NCBI GenBank assembly: GCA_051362555.1
Contig: CM120646.1
Span: 12,400,001-12,464,000, forward strand
Length of the DNA stretch: 64,000 nucleotides
Direction: 5' to 3'
DNA from: Lingula anatina
Lineage: Eukaryota > Animalia > Brachiopoda
The notes beneath the pieces are model-generated. The model was not told the DNA's origin and searched no databases. It worked only from the letters and a program-made list of their open reading frames with translations. The position numbers and the translations under genes were made by a program. Positions 12,501 through 24,576 of the stretch are shown piece by piece (the stretch's first letter is position 1; each line of letters opens with the position of its first letter).

Positions 12501-15500
12501 TGTGAAATGGTGCCAGTACCTCCAGTTCTGTGCGAAACGGTAACATGTTCCTATGTCAATAGATATACAAATATATTTCCGGTTGATCAAATTCACGTCC
12601 TCCGGTAAGCATCTCTTGATCTCCCACAGTTTTTTTAAAAACTATAATGAGAAATAACCTTAATTAAAGTAAAAAATTAAAAAGGATTTAAAAAATTACA
12701 ATTAAAAGGAACTCATTGACGAAAATAAATCGGTAAAATTGAAGTCAATAAATGAATAAAACCACTTTCTCGGTTGTGAATATACTTTTGTTTTCCTGAA
12801 TAGCTTGTACAGTGTGACGAGGGCTTTCACTGTGAACCGGCGAACGTTTCCCAGCCAGACAAATGTGCCCAAGTTCCTGGGTGTGTATGTCCAGCTATAC
12901 ATCCTCCGTTCATGCCAAAATGTGTGCCCGATGTTTTGGAGACGTCTCCGATGGTGTGTGACGTAGAGGCGCCACCTCCACCGGTACCTTGTAACACGGT
13001 AGGTATTTATTACAATTTGGTGGCGAACTTCAATGCTGATTGAATGCAAAACCGCCTGAAAAACAATTTCTGCATGCTTTGAAATCAACATGCTTTAAAT
13101 ATAAAATTCTATCTGACTCAGAGACTAGTAGGAATTTAATGACTTATTAAAGAAATGGAAAGAAACGTGGTGGTTTTGACAAAAAAAAAAGTAATAGGGC
13201 CTCTAATAGATTGTATCATATTGAATTATAGCTACATGTATATTCTGTCCTTTTAGCTCCTAAACTGTTCCGATGGCTTGCACTGTGAGCCAGAAATGTA
13301 TCAAGAGGCGGGAAGATGTAACTGGAATCCTGGCTGTGTCTGTCCTTTGACAGGTGTTCCTCCACCAATGTGTGTGCCGGATGTTACTCCGCCTGTAGCA
13401 TGCAAGATTAGTCAGCCGAGTGAGCCGAAACGTTGTCAAGAAGTACGTTTTGAATTTTGATTTAAAAAAAATATTTATTTGTTCTTATTTATTTTATTTT
13501 AATATTTTATTATAGGTTTCAAAAAGAATAATCCGTTGAAAAATATTTTATATAAGAAAAAATTTCATAAACAACCCTTACAATAATCCTCCTCTTTTGT
13601 CAAACATGTAGGTTGTGAACTGCAGCACCGGTTTCCACTGTGAGCCAGAATATTACATAGAGCCAATATACTGCATAAGATCGCCCCCAGATTGTTTGTG
13701 TCCAACAATCGTCACCATCATTTCGCCTATCCCGGTCTGTGTGGAAGATGTGACACCTACAGTAGGCGTGACTCCGCCAGTGTATTGTGAAGTTGGGCCC
13801 CCGAGTGAGCCTATTCAATGTGCCGAGGTAGGCAGTCAGTCGGTCCACCTTGGGTGTTTCTGTGTATCATCGTCAAAACGATTCGATGTACGGAATTTTT
13901 CGAAGCAGTCCGAAATTTAGAGCAAAGGTTTTCATTATCTTTTTCGCTGACTTTTAACTTCGTTTTTTCAGTGCAGTTTCAGTTCGTACCGCAGTGAAAC
14001 AATTAAAAAAAATCGAGACTTTCTGGGTAACCGTATCTCAAATTCATTATCTAAATCTTTTTATTGAATATTTTTTAAAGATTAGATACTCTCTTTCTAA
14101 TCAAGTTGTTGAACTGTTCCTCTGGCTACCACTGTGAACCTGAGACTTACCAAGCTCCAGGAAGATGTGAGAAGTCGTCTCCTGACTGTATATGTCCACC
14201 CATAGATCCCACCCCGGGACCCCGGTGTGTTAAAGACACTCAGTCCACACGTGGGGAAGTCCCACCTACAGTAGGCGTGACTCCGCCAGTGTATTGTAAT
14301 ATTGGTCCTCCGAGTGATCCTATCCAGTGTGACGAGGTAGGCAGTCAGTCGATCAACCTCGGGTCAAAATGATTCGATGTACGGAATCGTCGAGGCCGTC
14401 CGAAATGTAGAGCAAAGAGAGATTTTGATTATTTTTTTCAGTGATGTACAACTGCATGTAATATTACAATGCAACCTTAGTCCGTACCAATGTTAAATAT
14501 ATCTTAAATAAAACAGAGACCTTCTGGAAACCGTATCTCAAATTCAATACCTAATTTATTTTGATTCAATATTTTTAAGTTTTTATTCAATAGTTTTGAG
14601 AATATGTTCTCTTTCTAATCAAGCTGTTGAACTGTTCCTCTGGCTACCACTGTGAACCTGAGACTTACCAAGCTCCAGGAAGATGTGAGAAGTCATCTCC
14701 TGACTGTATATGTCCACCCATAGATCCTACCCCGGGACCCCGGTGTGTTAAAGACGCTCCACCCGTAAGTGGAGAAGTCCCACCTACAATAGGCGTGACT
14801 CCGCCAGTTTATTGTGAAGTTGGTCCTCCGAGTGATCCTATCCAGTGTGACGAGGTAGGCAGGCAGTCGATCAACCTCGGGTCAAAATGATTCGATGTAC
14901 GGAATCGGTCGAGGCCGTCCGAAATGTAGAGCAAAGAGAGATGTTGATTATTTTTTTCAATGATGTACAACTGCATGTAATGTTACAATGCAACCTTAGT
15001 CCGTACCAATGTTAAATATATCTTAAATAAAACAGAGACCTTCGGGAAACCGTATCTCAAATTCAATACCTAATTTATTTTGATTCAATATTTTTAAGTT
15101 TTTATTCAATAGTTTTGAGAATATGTTCTCTTTCAAATCAAGCTGTTGAACTGTTCCTCTGGCTACCACTGTGAACCTGAGACTTCCCAAGCTCCAGGAA
15201 GATGTGAGATGTCGTCTCCTGATTGTATATGTCCACCCATAGATCCCACCCCGGGACCCCGGTGTGTTAAAGACGCTCAGCCCGTACGTGGAGAAGTCCC
15301 ACCTACAGTAGGCGTGACTCCGCCAGTGTATTGTGAAGTTGGTCCTCCGAGTGATCCTATCCAGTGTGACGAGGTAGGCAGTCAGTCAGTCAACCTCGGG
15401 TGTTTCCGTCAAATAATTCGATGTACGGACTTGTCGAGGCATTCCGAAATCAAAAGCATATATTTTGAATACCTATTTACTGCCGTTCAACTGAATGTTA

Positions 15501-18500
15501 TTTTGTGGCAGCCTTAGCCTGTTCTTCAATGAAACATTTAAAAAGAAAATCGAGACATTCTCCTATCTGCATTTCCAGTCCAATGTACATGTTTTTATTC
15601 AGTGATCCTTCACGGTATAACCTGCCCCAAGTTCAGTATCTTTTAAGATTTTTTCAATGATTTTCCTCGCATATTTCTTTTTAATCAAGCTGTTGAACTG
15701 TTCCTCTGGCTACCACTGTGAACCCGAGACTTACCAAGCACCAGGAAGATGTGAGATGTCATCTCCTGACTGTATATGTCCACCCATAGACCCCACCCCG
15801 GGACCCCGGTGTGTTAAAGACGCTCCACCCGTAAGTGGGGAAGTCCCACCTACAGTAGGCGTGACTCCGCCAGTGTATTGTGAAGTTGGTCCTCCGAGTG
15901 ATCCTATCCAGTGTGACGAGGTAGGCAGTCAGTCGGTCAATCTCGGGTGTTTCCGTATATCATCGTCAAAATGATTCGATGTACGGAGTCGGTCGAAGCA
16001 GTCCGAAATATAGAGCAAAGATTTTCATTATCTTTTTTCACTGACGTACAACTGCATGTTTTTTCAGGGCAGTTTTTGTTCGTACCGCAGTGAAACATTT
16101 TAAAAGAAAATCGAGACCTTCTCGGAAACCGTATCTCAAATTCATTATCTAAATCTTTTTATTGAATTTTTAAAGATTATATACTCTCTTTCTAATCAAG
16201 CTGTTGAACTGTTCCTCTGGCTACCACTGTGAACCTGAGACTTACCAAGCTCCAGGAAGATGTGAGATGTCATCTCCTGACTGTATATGTCCACCCATAG
16301 ATCCCACCCCGGGACCCCGGTGTGTTAAAGACGCTCAGTCCACACGTGGGGAAGTCCCACCTACAATAGGCGTGACTCCGCCAGTGTATTGTGAAGTTGG
16401 TCCTCCGAGTGATCCTATCCAGTGTGACGAGGTAGGCAGTCAGTCGGTCAACCTCGGGCGTTTCCGTATATCATCGACAAACGTCAAAGTATTTCTAAAT
16501 ATGTACGGAATCGGTCGAGGCACTCCATGTAACAGGAGATTTTGATCACCTTTTAGTGGTGTACAATTGTATGTCATTTGTATAAAGCCTAAGACAGAAA
16601 TGATTTCTGCAAAAGACCCGTGAAACATTTTTGAAAAAAAAAAAAAATCAAGACCTCAGTATTGTAACAATGTACATGTACCAATGTGAAACATTTCCCA
16701 AAGGAAATAGAGACCTTCTCGGAAACCATATTTCAATTTCAATTTCAATATCTAATGTTTTTTTTTTTTCAATAGTTTTGAGTACATGTTTTCTTTCTAA
16801 TCAAGTTGTTGAACTGTTCCTCTGGCTACCACTGTGAACCCAAGACTTACCAAGCTCCAGGAAGATGTGAGATGTCGTCTCCTGACTGTATATGTCCACC
16901 TATAGACCCCACCCCGGGACCTCGGTGCGTACAAGACACCCCGCCTATACGACTGCCGGGGTGCCCGGTAGGGCCAAGTGAACCTCCGATAAGCTGTAGA
17001 AACGTAAGTTTTCCGCCAAACTTAATTTACTACGATCCAGTTTTTTCCAAATGTCTTGTGTGAAAAGGTGAACCAGTAATTTGGAGCTACATCAGGATAA
17101 ATCGACAGTTTATCACCAAAATGTAGTAACTTTAGGGCTGAAACATTTGCCTTTTATTCATTAATTTTAATCGAACAGACCTAATAATTTCAATTATCCG
17201 GAGAGTCTAACGTAATTAATTATTTTTATTATTTCCCTCCTTAAAGTGGACAAGAGATATAGATAGAGAGAGAGATTGCCTTAACACATTATCAATCATG
17301 ACATCCATCTCAAAGCGCTTTACAGAAGTTTTTTGTCCGTTCATTCCCAGCCTTCTATGCGTCATCGTTTTTAAACATTTTATTCTTAGGTAACTCAATG
17401 CCAAAGCGGTTTCCACTGCGAGCCAGAATTCATAACCAAACCTAGACAGTGCATTAAGTCACCAAGCTGCAGATGCCGTCCCAGCCCCCCAGGACCTGTG
17501 GCAAAGTGTGTCAAAGATGTGACGACACCGTTAGATGTGACGTCACCGACGTCACCAGCCGCTGTTACGTCACCATCCTTATGTCAGGTTGGGCCACCTA
17601 GTGCCCCTATCAGCTGTGACAGTGTAAGGCACATTTCATATGGTTAAGTAGATTGATTGCTTGAGAGAGAGAGAGAGAGAGAGAGAGATTCGACCCATAA
17701 GAAACAAGGAACTGTAAATTTAATTACCATATAAAGGTATATGTTTCAACAACGGCAATACTGATAACGTTCTTGGTTTTACTTCTCCACCACCACAGGT
17801 ACTGAACTGCTCCATCGGTTATCACTGTGAACCACGAGCATTTCAAAGACCTGGCAGATGTTTGAAATCCACCCCGGATTGTGTCTGTCCCGAGCCTGTG
17901 CCTGAACCGACACCGAGGTGTGTGAAAGACGTGCGTTTGCCCGCGCGCCTACCAGGTTGCCCAGTTGGACCGCGTGGGCCTAATAGACGTTGCGAGAACG
18001 TAAGGGGTGCTATTGCTTTTTTATGTTAAGCGTATGCTATTGTTATCTTTGCTTATGATGTTATGCTGCAAATGCAAATATATGTATACGCATAAGTGCG
18101 TCGACGATTAATTAAGCCTTATATATCCGCAGAACTGAAAGGTCCTATAGATTTTACCCCTTTATATAAACTATCTAATGTGCCAATCGTTCTGACTGAT
18201 TTAAACTTTTGTTGAGATATTTTATCGGATCCCTAGTCAAAATGTGCCTGTAAAATATCATTGAACATATTCACTAACAAATAAATACAATATGCTATAA
18301 ACCTTTTAAGGTTTTAGTTTTTGACATAAAGATGTGGACGTCTTTGATCCTTTCAGGTCATCCAGTGCTCTCCTGGATTTCACTGTGAGCCAAATTATAT
18401 CCCCACGCCAGGCAGATGTGTGAAATCTCCTAATTGCATCTGCCGCCCACAACCATCAGGACCAAGTCCACGGTGCGTGAAAGACGTGACATCATCGGTG

Positions 18501-21403
18501 ACGTCAACAACGACGACGTCATCTCCGCCACTCCCAACTTGTCTGAGAGGGCCAGCTGGGCCACGGAGGAGATGCCAAGACGTAAGAACACCTTCCAAAG
18601 GGCTAAAAAGTCATGTTGTTATATTTGACGATCCCTTTTGCTGTTTTTTAATTACCAAGATCCTTGGTGGTAAGGAAAGATGTAGATAAGTTTGAAAAGA
18701 AGTGCTTGGAGATTTGACAAAAAATAGGGAAAAAGAAACGGGCACGGTAGGTTTCCATCAGACATTTTGATATATTTTCAAAATGTTAGATGTGAGCATG
18801 TACTGAAAGCAGAGGTTCGGGCAAAATACTGATTCCTGCCACATTACAAAAATCAGATATTATAATTTAAAACCAATGTATTTCCATTACCTTTTTAGAT
18901 AATTCAATGTGGCATTGGTTTTCATTGTGAACCCGAATATGTCCCTTCAGCGCCTATATGCATACGGAACCCTCGTTGTGTATGTCCCCTTCAGCCGCCT
19001 GGACCAAGGCCAAAGTGTGTGAGAGACATGACGTCACGTATGACGTCAACAACAACGTCAGCACCTGCACCACTGCCTAGCTGTCGCATTGGACTTCCTG
19101 GTCCACGTCAAAGATGCGAAAACGTGAGTTCGTCTGGCTTTATGTATTTACATGTACTCAGCTTTATTGAGCATGATAAAATATAGTTAACGGTCCACTT
19201 ACATGGTGCAAAGTGTCAGTTGGACAGGAATGGTAGTCCGCTAGAAATCGTGGTCTGTTTCTTCCTAGTTTGTACAGGCTACATACTACTACTTACTCTG
19301 AAACTTCCGACTTAACCTAACTTGTACTATTTATATGGGTTTAGATACTTCCGTTGCTAAGACTACCGGTACCATTCACGCCACACCGGTAGGCCTAATT
19401 TCCAAATGGTTACCAAATCAAACTTTTAAGGGGGTATGTTTGGTATGCTAAATAATAAACTAAACAGGAGCATATCCTTGTGTCCGGGTCCAGGGGCGTA
19501 TCCGATCCGAATTTAAATTATTTTCCTGGCCCAGGAAAAAAATGTTTATTTCGTATCTAGCTAAGGATTACTAGTAAAAAAACATTTTAAACCCATGTAG
19601 GTCATTTACTTTCAATCATTAATTCGAATAACATTTTTAAAACATTAAAACATTCAAAACTTAACTGTTTAATCATTTAACTGTGAAGCATATATACACG
19701 TATAAATACGTCCAATACAGGTTATCCAGTGTTCCACAGGGTACCACTGTGAACCAGAGTATGTCAGTACTCCAGGGAAATGTGTTCAATTACCCGGATG
19801 TGTGTGCAGGAACGAGGGACCCGTGGGACCAATAGGGTCGCCCCGTTGTGTGGAGGACGCGCCAACTTGTCCGACGTTACCCGGCGAAGTCATGTCATGT
19901 GAAGCGGTAATATATATTTATTTATTAAAGTATTTATTGTAATATGCACATATATGGTATATTTAAAATTCTCATCGTCTCCATAAGTTTAATCTTCGTA
20001 AGCGTTATGTCACTAAGTAAAACAATTACAAAACACAAATACATATAATATTATCTTCAGCTAATCACATGTCCTACGGGTAAACACTGTGAACCAGCAA
20101 ACTTCACTCTGCCGTCTCGCTGTGTTAGAGACACCGATTGCGTCTGTCCGGAGCCAGCACATAGTGAGAAGCTTAGTTGCGCACCAGATCCGCCATGTGA
20201 GATGACTTCCGCAGGGCCCCTCATTGCGTGCGAAAAGGTACATGTCAAACACGCAGGCCCTATATACCTTTTCGTTCTTAAAATTAGCCAGATCGTTAAG
20301 TTACTTTCGCAATTCAGGAGCTTATCCAGAATTATTTGAAGGGGGGTCCGCGGAAAAAAAGCACCCCCCCCCCTTGGCGTGAGGTTCGGGGCCCGTTGAA
20401 GGGGCCCGAAAAATTTGGTATTTTAGAGGGGGAACTGTGCTATTTGGTACGGTTTAGAACTATGATTCAGCTAGTCCAAATTCTAATTTCAAGAGGGGAG
20501 CATTAGTGTGTTTTTTTTTTCAGAAATCGAAGGGGGAGGGTCTGGATCCCCCCTCCCAATTCCGCCTCTGCAATTAGGTAGATTAGTTAGCTCTGTAGGC
20601 CATTGATCTCTGGGCCTACATAGTCACGCAAACTCACGCACACGTTTACTTGCGCAGTGAGATTTGAGGGGAGGAAAAACTGATGCAGGGAAAAAGAGAG
20701 AAAGAGAGAGAGAGAGAGATGTCAACTTCAGATTTTGTTCCGTTATGTAGGCTTGTTATACAATTCGTTGCCTAACGTTTATTTAACCGCCATCCTGAGT
20801 TTAAGAAGTGTATATCTACTGTCTCTTTTCGCCTAGGTAATCGAATCAAATTAATGAATAAAATCGTCTTCTTCACTGTAATTGTAAAACTCCATTTTAA
20901 GCATGCGTGTCTACTTATGCTAGGTGCAATCTATTGGAATTTTACATGAGGGAAAATGTATTTATTTAAATTATCACCTTTCATGTACTTAATAGCATTT
21001 ATATTCGCAGTTTTTTTTTTTGTTTTTTCCCTCTTTTTAGTGATAAGCAATCTGTGCTGTTGCCTTAAAAGCATTATTTCCACCCCCATATTTCCATAAT
21101 GTGTCTGCAGTAAGGCGATGCAAAAACTAGGCACCTATGCTTTGTATATACACTTAGTAAATAGTTTACCTCTTTGCAGTCTTTGTCTGTCTTTATTTTC
21201 AGGTTATAGCGTGTCCGTTCTGGTGTAGCTGTGACCCGGCCATGGTGCCCTCACCCCCGACCTGTGTGAAGAAACCAGGTTGTACTTGTCCTCCGGCCGA
21301 CGACCAGCGCATGCGCAACACCGGCGTCAAATGTGTACCTGATATTTTCAACTGGTTTGGATACTTTGGGAATTTAAGGGATTCTTATAATCGTAGAGGC
21401 TAG
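6507..21403 (+). CDS. Giant secreted Cys/Pro-rich tandem-repeat protein, ~1,730 aa, 27 coding exons, 25 copies of an 8-Cys module
   Basis: Exons: 6507-6581 (signal-like, least certain), 7301-7372, 8667-8852, 9205-9387, 9626-9802, 10067-10261, 10590-10772, 11022-11198, 11465-11659, 11945-12127, 12363-12539, 12804-12998, 13257-13442, 13612-13827, 14106-14336, 14624-14854, 15143-15373, 15690-15920, 16201-16431, 16806-17003, 17390-17623, 17799-17999, 18357-18581, 18899-19123, 19721-19906, 20061-20237, 21203-21403 (TAG). All have AG/GT ends, lengths divisible by 3 and no internal stops. Repeat-exon consensus: xxNCSxGxHCEP-x8-C-x5/6-CxCP-x7/11-CVxD-linker-C-x9/11-C. Confidence 0.9.
9205..13442 (+). 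repeat. Higher-order tandem duplication of a three-exon unit (A-B-C)x3 plus A', period ~1.31-1.39 kb
   Basis: A exons start at 9205, 10590, 11945 and 13257; B exons at 9626, 11022 and 12363; C exons at 10067, 11465 and 12804. Intervening introns are visibly homologous, e.g. 'ggtaaaattgaagtcaataaatgaa' before each C exon. Confidence 0.92.
13755..16940 (+). repeat. Tandem duplication of a single exon-plus-intron unit, ~6 copies, period ~510-605 bp
   Basis: Near-identical exon starts LLNCSSGYHCEP(E/K)T(Y/S)QAPGRCE at 14106, 14624, 15143, 15690, 16201 and 16806. Introns share 'gtaggcagtcagtcg' and 'ccgtatctcaaattc'. Confidence 0.92.
20315..20570 (+). mobile_element. Non-autonomous DNA transposon (MITE), family A, in intron 26 of the repeat-protein gene
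   Basis: Ends CAGGAGCTTAT...TCCGCCTCTG. The core 'ggtacggtttagaactatgattcagctagtccaaattctaatttcaagagggga' recurs at ~30208-30482 (-), ~38866-38980 (-), 40811-41056 (+), 44677-44911 (+) and ~53040-53326 (-). Flanked by caatt on both sides. Confidence 0.75.
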
Positions 21404-22338
21404 ACCAGTTCGACCAGTTCTCCGGGTGTTTATGCTAAAAATATGACCATGTTTTCTTTTTTTCTTTGTTGACTTCCCACTTTCGGTTAGGAGACAAACA
21501 AACGAGCAAGAAATAAATTTATACAATTTACAAAGTACACAAAAGCAACGGACAGGACATCCGTAAAGTGCCCGAAAGACAACCCAAAGAAAAACAATAA
21601 ATAGTGCCATGTGTTTTTAAGTTACAGTGTGGGTTAACCTGTATTTGAAAAAAAAATGTTATATAATGTGACATATATGTTATTGTAAGTAACCGAAGTT
21701 TTGAGTGTTGTATGAACAAGGCATACTGTTAATTAAGCGTGCTGTAAAAAGGCATTATGTTTCTCCGTTGTATGATTGGTTTAAGCTTCGTATCAACATT
21801 TTAAGAAAGCGTTTTTTTAATTTTTTTATGGTGGCTAGGGCGAATCTGCTTGGTCCCGGTAGATGCTTGTGTAACGACACATTGCAAGGAGAGTCGGTTT
21901 TGAGAGTAAAAAATTATACATGTAGTTATCACTTATATGTGTACAACTTATATAAATTTTCACGGATGGTACACCGATATAGCATCACTTCGTTTCTGAT
22001 GAAGTTGTCTGACGAATATAATTCATTTTGGTCGAAACATGGTATCGTGATTTCACCCTGCAGGTATTTTAAAAGTCGAATTTATAACGATACAAAAAGG
22101 GAGGGAGCGTCAAAATATTACGGATTTGCTACTAAAACTCATTTTTCTTTGGTAGGCTGCATGTCACTAATAGTCAGCGAACCATCATATTCAAAATAAA
22201 CAAACATGACAAAGGAAAAACGAAAATGATTTATTTATCGTTTCAGTATTTTTTTATGTGGGCAATAATGAGGGTGACGCGCTACAGCGCGTGCATACAT
22301 CCCTTATTTATATCTCTTATAAGTCTCGCAAGAAGTTT

Positions 22339-22411
22339 TGACGTCAATTCCAGCACCCGACCAAAAGTAAACGCAGCTTCAGTCACGTGGTAGGCGTGAG
22401 TTCTTATAAAA
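22339..22411 (+). promoter_or_regulatory. Proximal promoter of EF-hand gene 1: CRE (TGACGTCA), E-box (CACGTG), TATA box
   Basis: TGACGTCA at 22339-22346, CACGTG at 22384-22389 and TATAAAA at 22405-22411, ~90 bp before the ATG. The block 'aaacgcagcttcagtcacgtggta...ttcttataaaac' is conserved upstream of copy 3 (~31957-32025). Confidence 0.6.
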
Positions 22412-22497
22412 CGGCGTTTTCGAATTTAAGGGTTACTGGCATCGAAAAAGAAAAGGGAACAGCACGTTTGAATCTAGGATAGAGAGTAATCATAAGC

Positions 22498-23588
22498 ATG
22501 GAGCAGACAGATCTTTTAAAGGTTAGTTTAAAAAAAGTCGACAGCGATAGCCATCTGTTTCGACTTTTTGGCTAGTATTACTAACCTAATGGGTTTTATT
22601 ACCCCTAATTGATAATTTTTGGTTACATTATGTATATAAGATTATGTATATAAATAACCCGATCCCCAGAAGTACGTTTGAATAAGATATAGGTAAGTCA
22701 AAAACTCCTGACATTTTGTCTTTTTTTTTTTGTATGTAAAGACAAGAATTACACTCAGACTATTTGGTTCGCCGATCTAACTGGAACAGACAAAAGGAGT
22801 TGCTATTTTCCAAATCAGCATTATTCCCTCGGCCACATTAGCCTTTCTACCAACCACTGCACCTGTTTATGTCTCTCTTCTACCGTAACTACAATGAAAA
22901 AATTGGATAATACAGGTATGATAAGAAGACCATGCCTCACCTGACATGACTTGGACCCCTTAAGGGACACAACCGCGCCTCTTACTGTACACAAAAATGC
23001 CCACAGAGCAGCAATGTCACCTTGACTATGCAGTCCCTCAAACGAAATTTGTGCAAAAATGTTTGTAAAATTTTTGCTGACTCGTTACATCATAATTTTT
23101 TATCCCCAAGGTCATAAGCTTTAATACAGGTAACAATTTGTTACATTTTTAAAATTGATGAAATGATTGGGATAGTGGGGTTATATAATAAAAGCGGACT
23201 TGTTTGGTCAAATCTCTTGATGTGAATGGAACTATGAAAAATTGTTGAACATTGGAATGGAGGAGACATAAATTGACTTTTTTCGTCCCAAATATATTGG
23301 GCCATCGATTACCTCGACTTGCATTTGTATTTCAATGAGTCTTCCCAGCACAGCATCTAGACGATATGTTGCGGGAGCAAATGGGACAAAGAAAGTTCTA
23401 ATATGTAATTAATCCGTGCACATATCATTTTAAATGAATTGAATTTTTACATACGAAAATAGACAAATGTCAGGACTCTGTACCTACTCAACGTACTTTC
23501 GGTTTGGAAGTTGACGCCCGCCCCTACTATGAACGTTTTCGCTTTATGTATTGTATTATAGTGCAGTGCAGTGCAGTGCAGTGTATTG

Positions 23589-23628
<40 letters not shown>

Positions 23629-24576
23629 AGAAGGGGTGTGCACATTAGAGTAAACGGCAACCGAAACTTTAAAAGATTTCATGGATTGTACTTTTTATGC
23701 TAGCTTGTTCGATCCTATCCCGAAGTGAAGGGATCCGAGATATGGCTGAAAAAAATGAGGACATTATTTGAGAGATGCGACGCAGATGGCAATAAATACC
23801 TGTCGAAGGAGGACTTCATTCAAATGGCGCAGCGAGACGCTGAATACAACAGTCTGAAAGAGGATGGTATGTATCTTCATATAAAGAATACGCACCATAG
23901 AGTTATGATAGAGTTTTAAGAGCGATTAATAGGGGGAGTTTGTGTTGGGAAATTGACATTTTTGGACAATTTTTCTCACTTGGCTACAGTCAAATAAAGT
24001 GCATATTTACTTTATGTTCAATATCCAATATATGAAGTTAAATTTGATATCACCGTAAAATTAAACGGTGCCACCTTGTTTAAGAGATGAAAATTTGGGG
24101 GAAAAGGCAGATTAATTTGATCATGCACAAAAAAAGCTTTTTGAAAACTTCCCTATATTATTGTAGATCCAAAAGCGAAGGAAGTACGTGAGGCTCGACT
24201 GAGTGCCTGGAAGAACGCCGTGTTACGCGGACAGGGTAACCCAGACACCGACTGCGTGACTAAGGAAGATTTCGTTCAAAATGTTCTGTGCGCTGCGAAT
24301 TCACCGTGGAGAGAGCAATACCCAGCCATAACGAAAGCCATCTTCAACGCTCTTGATGTCAATGATGACGGAATAATCTCCAAGAGCGAACACGCCGGAT
24401 TCTACTACGCCTACCGGATCCCGCTAGACCTTTCCCCAGATGCTTTCGATGCTATAGACACCAACAAGGACGGGGAAATAAGTTTGGAGGAGTTCACCCG
24501 CGCTTTTATAGACTTCTTCCTTGGGGAAGATCCGAACAGCCCCCATAATACGTTCTATGGTCCTCTTCTTGACTGA
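22498..24576 (+). CDS. Sarcoplasmic calcium-binding protein (SCP) / luciferin-binding-protein-like EF-hand protein, copy 1, 198 aa
   Basis: Exons 22498-22521, 23704-23866 and 24167-24576 (597 nt). EF loops DADGNKYLSKED, DVNDDGIISKSE and DTNKDGEISLEE, with a degenerate EF2. N-terminal SEIWLKKMRTLF and C-terminal FYGPLLD are typical of the SCP/aequorin/Renilla CBP family. Confidence 0.92.

Noticed and set aside
9175-17063. Repeated 60-120 aa ORFs read as a cluster of small separate genes or a CRISPR-like array
   Set aside because: Each is bounded by AG/GT sites and they join in frame as exons of one gene. The intervening sequences are homologous introns, and the DNA is eukaryotic.
17518-17575. 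Cluster of TGACGTCA/ACGTCA CRE-like motifs
   Set aside because: They fall in coding sequence for Val-Thr-Ser linkers (also in exons 23-24), so codon content explains them.
21705-22199. 164-aa intergenic ORF
   Set aside because: It starts at a non-ATG codon and has no motifs and an AT-rich random composition.
24400-24408. Phe-Tyr-Tyr tripeptide in EF-hand copy 1 as a coelenterazine precursor
   Set aside because: It is internal in a helix, reads FFF in the other copies and has no flanking cleavage sites, so it is most likely coincidental.
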